The position numbers and the translations under genes were made by a program. A stretch of DNA of 48,486 nt from Patescibacteria group bacterium (GTDB taxonomy: Bacteria > Patescibacteriota > Microgenomatia > Levybacterales > UBA12049): positions 1-48,486 of the forward strand of contig JAMCYD010000001.1 of the NCBI GenBank assembly GCA_023473785.1, written 5' to 3'. The notes under the pieces were generated by a model. The model did no database searches, was not told where the DNA came from, and worked only from the letters and a program-made list of their open reading frames with translations. Shown here piece after piece: positions 42,909-48,486 of the stretch (position 1 is its first letter; every line of letters starts with the position of its first letter).

Positions 42909-43190
42909 TTATGAGGATTTTTTAGCTGAGGAAGTCTTCTTCGTTTTGACGGTCTTTTTGCTGATTAATTTTGCGATTTTTGATTTTATCCTTGCCGCTT
43001 TATTCTTGTGGATAATATTTTTTTTGGCGGCTTTATCTGCTAATTTTACTACTTCAGTGATAAATTTCTCACTTGGATTTTTTATCGCTTTTTTGATAGA
43101 AGTCCTTAAAAGATCTTTTAACTCTCTATTGCTTTCTTTTCTTTTTTTATCTTTCCTTAATTTTTTCTGAGCTGATTTTGTTACTGGCAT
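42909..43190 (-). CDS. rpsT: 30S ribosomal protein S20
   Basis: MPVTKSAQKKLRKDKKRKESNR... is a very basic 93-aa helical protein typical of S20. Confidence 0.9.
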   Translation of the reverse strand: MPVTKSAQKKLRKDKKRKESNRELKDLLRTSIKKAIKNPSEKFITEVVKLADKAAKKNIIHKNKAARIKSKIAKLISKKTVKTKKTSSAKKSS

Positions 43191-43196
43191 AGGTAG

Positions 43197-43205
43197 ATTT
43201 TACCA
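43197..43205 (-). promoter_or_regulatory. Extended -10 TGGTAAAAT (minus strand), 6 nt before the rpsT ATG
   Basis: The reverse complement reads TGGTAAAAT-CTACCT-ATG. Confidence 0.5.
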
Positions 43206-43235
43206 TGTTATACTGTAAAAAACAATGAATATAAT

Positions 43236-44894
43236 ATGACAAATAACTTTCTTAGGAAAGGCCTCAGTATTCTAGTTTCTCGCCAGACCAACATTTTAAC
43301 TGCTGCTTTTATTATCATGGCGACCATCCTTCTTTCTCAGGTGCTAGGACTTGTCAGACAAAGACTTTTGGTTGCAATCTTTGGGGCGTCAGACATATTG
43401 GGAGTATATCTTGCATCATCAAGGCTTCCAGATTTTTTATTCCAACTTGTTATTGCAGGAGCTCTTTCCTCTGCATTTATTCCGGTCTTTTCCGATTATT
43501 TAGGGAAACAAAAATACGAGGAAGCGCATAGGGTTGCATCTACTCTTCTTGTTCTGGGGTTAATCTCTTTTTCGATACTTGCAGTTATACTTTTTATTTT
43601 TGCAGGTGTTTTTTCAAAGATGATGGCTCCGGGCTTCTCAAGTGAACAAATAACAATGATGGCCACTCTTATGAGAATAATTATCATTGGTGAATTGTTT
43701 TTTATTGTCGGCAGCTTTTTTTCGGCTGTTCTTCAATCGTACAATCATTTTTTTATTCCAGGAATCGCTGCAGCGCTTTATAATCTTGGAATGATTATCT
43801 CCATTATAATTTTTTACCCACTGGCTGGAATTTTCTCAGCAGCTTACGGGGTAATACTTGGAGCATTTATTTTTGTTGTTATTCAGTTGCCGCTAATAAA
43901 AGATGTCAAATTTGCTTTTAAGCCATCTTTCTCCATCAAGGAAAGCGGAATTATTCAAGTAGTAAAACTTATGTGGCCGAGAACCCTATCAATTGCAATC
44001 TTTCAGCTAGGTACCGTAATAACTGTTACCTTAGTTTCTTTCTTGCCATTTCCCGGCAGAAATTATGTAATTTTCGATTATGCCCAGACACTCGCTTTTG
44101 CGCCCGTTGTTCTTTTCGGTCAGGCAATAGCTCAGGCTGCTTTTCCAGTCTTATCAAGGGAAAAAGATAAATTAGAAGATTTCAAAACAACTTTTATTAC
44201 GAGTTTTAATCAGATGCTTTATCTGGTGCTTCCAATATCTGTCCTTTTTTTTGTCCTTCGTATTCCAATCGTGCGACTTATCTATGGAGCAGCTCAATTC
44301 GATTGGGGAGCAACAGTTCTAACCGGAAGAACCCTTGCCTTTTTTAGCCTGTCTATTTTTGCCCAGTCTCTTACCTATTTAGTCTCTCGAGGTTTTTATG
44401 CACTTCATGACACCAAAATTCCTCTTATCGTTGGGACAGCAACGACAATACTTATGATTGGTCTTGGAGCGCTATTTATTTTTGTAAATCATCTGGGAGT
44501 AGAAAGTCTGGCAATTGCTTTTTCAATCGCAAGTATTGCTAATCTATTAATTTCTTTTTTCCTACTTGATAGAAAAATAGGAGGTTTTAGAAAATCCACA
44601 TTGCTTTTTTCAATTGCAAAAATTTCTCTTGCCACAATTTTTACCGGTCTTGCTCTTTATGTCCCGATAAAACTTTTGGATAAGTTAGTTTTTGATACAA
44701 CCAAGACCATAAATCTGATCCTTTTAACAGGAGTATCAAGTTTCCTGGGACTCTCTCTTTATCTTTTTCTAACCTGGCTTTTTGATGTGAAAGAAGCCTC
44801 AACTTTTCTTCTGATATTTAGAAAAATTGGCAACTGGAGAGAAATACTTAGGAGAAGCGAAGAAGCCATCGACGGAACAAGTTTTAAGGTGTGA
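43236..44894 (+). CDS. murJ: Lipid II flippase MurJ/MviN
   Basis: 552 aa with about 14 TM segments. The N-terminal GLVRQRLLVAIFGAS......A.RLP and SAFIPVF patterns are typical of MurJ. Confidence 0.9.
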   Translation: MTNNFLRKGLSILVSRQTNILTAAFIIMATILLSQVLGLVRQRLLVAIFGASDILGVYLASSRLPDFLFQLVIAGALSSAFIPVFSDYLGKQKYEEAHRVASTLLVLGLISFSILAVILFIFAGVFSKMMAPGFSSEQITMMATLMRIIIIGELFFIVGSFFSAVLQSYNHFFIPGIAAALYNLGMIISIIIFYPLAGIFSAAYGVILGAFIFVVIQLPLIKDVKFAFKPSFSIKESGIIQVVKLMWPRTLSIAIFQLGTVITVTLVSFLPFPGRNYVIFDYAQTLAFAPVVLFGQAIAQAAFPVLSREKDKLEDFKTTFITSFNQMLYLVLPISVLFFVLRIPIVRLIYGAAQFDWGATVLTGRTLAFFSLSIFAQSLTYLVSRGFYALHDTKIPLIVGTATTILMIGLGALFIFVNHLGVESLAIAFSIASIANLLISFFLLDRKIGGFRKSTLLFSIAKISLATIFTGLALYVPIKLLDKLVFDTTKTINLILLTGVSSFLGLSLYLFLTWLFDVKEASTFLLIFRKIGNWREILRRSEEAIDGTSFKV

Positions 44895-45994
44895 TGAATA
44901 GAAAACTAACCTACAGCCAAGTTGGCGATGACTACGATAATATAAAAGACCCCGTTAAAAAACTTGCGCAGAAATTTGCAAAATCCACAACAATTAATCT
45001 CACAAAGAAAGGATTTAAGGAGGTTTCGGAAACCAGAGGTGAGTCAGCTTATGTCTGGCAACAAGGCGATATTTACATGGCTTTTGCTGTCGAAGGACTT
45101 GGTACAAAAAATTTAATTGCAGACAAGATAGATGCAGGAGAAAAATATTATCAATCAATTGCTCACGATACGGTAGCAACCATAATCAATGATCTCGTTT
45201 CTGTTGGCGCAAGTCCGCTTGTCTTAAATGCATATTGGGCAATTCCTAATAACAATTGGTTGGAAAACAAAAAAAGAATTGATAGCTTAATCCTCGGCTG
45301 GAAAAAAGCCTGTGATATTGCAGGTGTTTCCTGGGGCGGAGGAGAAACAGCCACTTTAAATGGGATTATAAAAAATGGAACAGTTGATTTAGGCGGAGCA
45401 GCTGTTGGAATTATAAAAAATAGAAAAAGATTATTGATAGATACGAATTTAAAAACAGGTGATAGAATCGTTCTTCTTAAAAGTAATGGCATTAATTCCA
45501 ATGGAATTTCTTTGGTTCGCGCACTGGAAAAAAGACTTCCAAAAGGTTACTCCACAAAACTTAAAAACGGAAAGCTCTTCGGCGATGAGGCCTTGAGAAA
45601 ATCCAATATTTATGCAAAATTAATCAATCGGATTTTAGATTCAGGAATAAGACTTCATTACATTTCAAATATAACAGGGCACGGACTTCGCAAGATAATG
45701 AGATCGGAAAGAAATTTTATATACGTAATTGAAGAGATCATAGAGCCTCCTGGGATCTGTAATTTTATCCAGAAAAAATTAAGACTCTCGGATTACGAGA
45801 TGTATCAAACTTTTAATATGGGAATGGATTACGCGCTCTTTGTTGATAAAGAAGATGTAGATAAGACCTTAGGTGTTGTAGAAAAAGAAGGATTTTCAGG
45901 AATTAATGCTGGATATATTAAGATAGGAAAAAGACAAGTCCTAATACAGCCCAAAAATATTGCCTATGGGGGAAAAACTCTTGATTTAAGATAG
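44891..45994 (+). CDS. AIR synthase-related (PurM-like) protein, divergent
   Basis: It is colinear with PurM: EGLGTKN vs DGVGTK, INDLVSVGASPL vs VNDLVVQGAEPL, GGETA, SNGINSNGISLVR vs SSGPHSNGYSLVR, and YQTFNMG vs YRTFNCG. The N-terminal DAGVDID is changed to VGDDYD. The GTG/ATG start overlaps the murJ stop (GTGATGA). Confidence 0.75.
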   Translation: MMNRKLTYSQVGDDYDNIKDPVKKLAQKFAKSTTINLTKKGFKEVSETRGESAYVWQQGDIYMAFAVEGLGTKNLIADKIDAGEKYYQSIAHDTVATIINDLVSVGASPLVLNAYWAIPNNNWLENKKRIDSLILGWKKACDIAGVSWGGGETATLNGIIKNGTVDLGGAAVGIIKNRKRLLIDTNLKTGDRIVLLKSNGINSNGISLVRALEKRLPKGYSTKLKNGKLFGDEALRKSNIYAKLINRILDSGIRLHYISNITGHGLRKIMRSERNFIYVIEEIIEPPGICNFIQKKLRLSDYEMYQTFNMGMDYALFVDKEDVDKTLGVVEKEGFSGINAGYIKIGKRQVLIQPKNIAYGGKTLDLR

Positions 45995-45999
45995 CTTGA

Positions 46000-46008
46000 T
46001 GATATAAT
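46000..46008 (+). promoter_or_regulatory. Extended -10 TGATATAAT, 7 nt before ATG 46016
   Basis: TGATATAAT-TCTTTCT-ATG. Confidence 0.5.
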
Positions 46009-46015
46009 TCTTTCT

Positions 46016-46966
46016 ATGAAAAATGCTATTGAAGGATCGAACAGCGGAACGCCCGCAATGGAATACCAGGAAGGTACTATTGTACCGATGGTAGATCTAG
46101 AAATCTCAGGAGAATGTAATTTGCATTGTCCAACTTGTTGGGGCACTCCTCCTGATATGCGTCAAGAACATGAATTTTCCGACTGGCTAGCAATGCTTGG
46201 AAAGCTAAAAGCCAGTTACGGTCTAGAGAGTATTGCTCTAACCGGAGGAGAGCCTTTGATGATCCCCGGTATTGATGGATTCATTGAAGAAGCACATGAA
46301 GAGGTTGGTCTAAATATCAACTTACTAACCAACGCAGTCTTTTTGGGAGAACATTTCTCAACGGTAAAGCCTCACCTTTCTTCTCTTTCGATTCCTCTTG
46401 ATGGCTCAACTGAGGAAATTAACAGAAAATCCAGAGGCAGAGATCATTATCAAGTTGCTGTTGACTGGATAGCACGTCTTAGTCGAGAGCACCCGGAGCT
46501 GCCTTTAAAAGTTGGTACAGTTGTATCCGCAGCAAATTTTTCAGATATACGTGATATAGGGGAAGTTTTGCTGGCTCAGGGATTTGGAGACCGCGTTTCT
46601 AATCCCGGTACTTGGAAGTTATATCAAGCAACTGCTTTTGGCGCACAGCAGGAAAGTCCCATATGGAGAGCAAGGGGAGTTACAGGTCAAGATTTTGATC
46701 AATTAGTTCAACAAGCTGTTGATAGATTCCAGGGGAGAATTAACGTTACGGGTTTATCGACGAGTGAGGTTGGTGGATATTGCATTATAGTGAGACCAAA
46801 TGGAAATGTAGTAACTAACTCTTTACAGGACGGAAGAGAGCATCTTCTAGCTACAAATATATTTGAGGATACTGAAGGAGCAATGGAATCTATAGCAGCT
46901 TATCACGTAAAAACTCGAGGTGTTCAAAGGATGGCGACTTCATATCTGTCTCAAGGCTTACACTAG
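46016..46966 (+). CDS. Radical SAM protein, viperin-like (candidate prokaryotic viperin)
   Basis: The CX3CX2C cluster is GECNLHCPTCWG. GGEPLM is present. LSIPLDGSTEEINRKSRGR aligns with viperin AISCDSFDEEVNVLIGRG. KVGTVV aligns with KINSVI. WKLYQ aligns with WKVFQ. GYCIIVRPNG aligns with SYLILDEYMRF. This alignment was made from memory of the human viperin sequence. Confidence 0.7.
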   Translation: MKNAIEGSNSGTPAMEYQEGTIVPMVDLEISGECNLHCPTCWGTPPDMRQEHEFSDWLAMLGKLKASYGLESIALTGGEPLMIPGIDGFIEEAHEEVGLNINLLTNAVFLGEHFSTVKPHLSSLSIPLDGSTEEINRKSRGRDHYQVAVDWIARLSREHPELPLKVGTVVSAANFSDIRDIGEVLLAQGFGDRVSNPGTWKLYQATAFGAQQESPIWRARGVTGQDFDQLVQQAVDRFQGRINVTGLSTSEVGGYCIIVRPNGNVVTNSLQDGREHLLATNIFEDTEGAMESIAAYHVKTRGVQRMATSYLSQGLH

Positions 46967-47030
46967 CTTAATTACTACAAGAAACCATGACATAGAAGAA
47001 GTCATAGATTGAGTAATTTGCAAAGAATCC

Positions 47031-47039
47031 TGATATAAT
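47031..47039 (+). promoter_or_regulatory. Extended -10 TGATATAAT, 9 nt before ATG 47049
   Basis: TGATATAAT-TTCCCCATT-ATG. Confidence 0.5.
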
Positions 47040-47048
47040 TTCCCCATT

Positions 47049-47606
47049 ATGAACAAGGATAAAATAATAAAAATTGCCTTTGTTGGGACAAGCTCGACAG
47101 GAAAAACTACTCTTCTTTGGGAATATAAAAAGAAGATGAGTGGGAATCGCTCTATAGTATTTGTCCATGAAGCAGCAAGAGATTTTTTCAAGGAAAATCC
47201 TCATATTACAGAAAGATTTGCAAAGGAAATTCAAGGACAAGTGCAATCCGCTGTGCTTGCGAGAGAACAAGAAGCTCACAACTCAGGTGCGAGAGTAATT
47301 ATTTGTGATAGGTCTGTTATAGATGCTGTTGTTTATGTAAGATCAACAGGAGATAGAAAGGGAGCCAAGGAGTTATTGGAAAAAGTTAAATTTTGGATTC
47401 CAACCTATACTAAGTTCTTGCTTCTAAATCCTGTCGATGTTAAGTACGAAAAAGATGAAGTTAGGCAAGAAGATGAAAATACAAGACAAGCTTTTCATAA
47501 AGCATTCTTGGAATTTTTCAAAGAAACAAGAATTCCATATGAATTACTTAGCGGTTCGATTGAGCAAAGAATTAAAAGAGTAGATAGGCTAATTGGAATG
47601 ATATAA
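47049..47606 (+). CDS. P-loop NTPase of the AAA_28 / NadR-C-terminal kinase type (putative nucleoside or nucleotide kinase)
   Basis: Walker A is VGTSSTGKTTL. VHEAAR and ICDRSVIDAVVY (Walker B/lid-like) are present. The protein is 185 aa. Confidence 0.65.
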   Translation: MNKDKIIKIAFVGTSSTGKTTLLWEYKKKMSGNRSIVFVHEAARDFFKENPHITERFAKEIQGQVQSAVLAREQEAHNSGARVIICDRSVIDAVVYVRSTGDRKGAKELLEKVKFWIPTYTKFLLLNPVDVKYEKDEVRQEDENTRQAFHKAFLEFFKETRIPYELLSGSIEQRIKRVDRLIGMI

Positions 47607-47617
47607 TCCTCGATCTC

Positions 47618-47626
47618 TGTTATAAT
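47618..47626 (+). promoter_or_regulatory. Extended -10 TGTTATAAT, 9 nt before the lepA ATG
   Basis: TGTTATAAT-TTTCCCATT-ATG(47636). The spacer is almost identical to that of the 47049 gene. Confidence 0.5.
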
Positions 47627-47635
47627 TTTCCCATT

Positions 47636-48486
47636 ATGGAACAAAATAATATTAGGAATTTTGCGATCGTGGCTCATATTGATCATGGTAAATCGACATT
47701 GGCAGACCGCATTATGGAGATATGCGGTGCCATCGGAGAAAAACACCAGGAGCAAATATTAGATAGTCTTGAGCTTGAGAGAGAGCACGGGATAACTATA
47801 AAACTTAAGGCGATAAGATTAAATTATAAGGGGTGTCAGTTAAATCTTCTTGATACTCCGGGTCATGTTGATTTTTCCTACGAGGTCTCAAGATCCCTGG
47901 CATCTGTTGAGGGAGCGCTATTAATAGTTGATGCAACACAGGGAGTTCAAGCTCAAACTCTTTCCAATTTTAACCTGGCGATTAATGCCAAGCTGACACT
48001 TATTCCTGTTATCAACAAAATTGATATGCCGCAAGCAGACGTTTTAAAAACAACCCAGGAACTAATGGATTTAGGATTCAAGGAAAATGAAATTATAAAA
48101 GTCTCTGCCAAGACGGGAGAAAATGTTGAAAAATTGCTTTCGGAAATTATTGAAAAGATACCACCTCCTCAAAAAATCGCAGATAAACTTTCAGCTCTTG
48201 TCTTTGACTCAAGTCTCGATCCCTACAAGGGAGTAATTGCTACAATTAGGCTTTTTGGAGGATCTATAAAGGCTGGAGACGAAGTCTTATTTATGGCAAC
48301 GAAAGCAAAAGGACAAGTCTTACAAGTTGGTTTCTTAAATCCCAAACCAGATTATATACCAAATTTACAAGCAGGCGAGGTTGGTTTCATTGCCACAAAT
48401 ATAAAAGATTTGTCTCTTGTAAAAGTAGGAGATACTATAGTTCATCCCAAGGAAATTATGAATCCACTGCCGGGCTATCAAGAGGC
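47636..48486 (+). CDS. lepA: Translation elongation factor 4 (LepA), N-terminal 283 codons; the gene continues past the window end
   Basis: IRNFAIVAHIDHGKSTLADR (G1), DTPGHVDF (G3) and NKID (G4) are present. It is not in the ORF track because no stop codon lies in the window. Confidence 0.92.
   Translation, partial: MEQNNIRNFAIVAHIDHGKSTLADRIMEICGAIGEKHQEQILDSLELEREHGITIKLKAIRLNYKGCQLNLLDTPGHVDFSYEVSRSLASVEGALLIVDATQGVQAQTLSNFNLAINAKLTLIPVINKIDMPQADVLKTTQELMDLGFKENEIIKVSAKTGENVEKLLSEIIEKIPPPQKIADKLSALVFDSSLDPYKGVIATIRLFGGSIKAGDEVLFMATKAKGQVLQVGFLNPKPDYIPNLQAGEVGFIATNIKDLSLVKVGDTIVHPKEIMNPLPGYQE

Noticed and set aside
46958-47279. 77-aa and 103-aa minus-strand ORFs spanning the radical SAM / kinase intergenic region
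   Set aside because: They overlap the kinase promoter and its N-terminal P-loop coding region in antisense. Their composition is low-complexity and F/L/S/C rich.
47495-47755. 86-aa minus-strand ORF across the kinase 3' end and the lepA 5' end
   Set aside because: It is antisense to two well-supported genes, including the LepA G1 motif region.

Overview
This is an AT-rich, tightly packed bacterial chromosome segment. Its style suggests a Patescibacteria/CPR-like genome: short genes, many orphan proteins, purine interconversion genes without a de novo pathway, and pilus and envelope genes. That taxonomic call is inference only. I support about 60 CDS and one tRNA-Asn(GTT). I saw no rRNA, CRISPR array, transposase or integrase.

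Core genes are ruvC-ruvA-ruvB, comM/yifB, guaB-guaA, purB, purA, dnaG-rpoD, pcrA, tpiA, rpsT, murJ and lepA (3' end cut by the window). A possible L25/Ctc gene start sits at the left edge. A long minus-strand envelope block (34883..42865) holds pilN, pilO, a small TM protein, an FN3/Ig surface protein, an FAD oxidoreductase and two GT-C-type membrane proteins. Stress and accessory genes include a nickel superoxide dismutase with its SodX protease, DJ-1/PfpI, RidA, two 2H-phosphoesterase-like proteins, two SDRs and an XRE regulator with membrane partners.

Most notable observations:
1. The tRNA-Asn gene is preceded by a degenerate copy of its own 5' half, with a GIY-YIG nuclease ORF wedged exactly between the pseudo-anticodon and the intact tRNA.
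2. A viperin-like radical SAM gene lies next to an AAA_28/NadR-type P-loop kinase, which is a candidate antiviral nucleotide-modifying pair. A divergent PurM-like gene sits just upstream.
3. More than 20 genes have an extended -10 box (TGnTATAAT) only 5-12 nt before the start codon. This implies mostly leaderless mRNAs; only a few genes have a real Shine-Dalgarno.
4. Heptamer tandem repeats, (AAATTTC)n and (AAGACYA)n, are embedded in frame in four unrelated genes.
5. A GC-rich 16-18 nt palindrome occurs both in the pseudo-tRNA and in frame in pcrA.

All functional calls come from reading the translated ORFs and motifs by eye. No database search was run.
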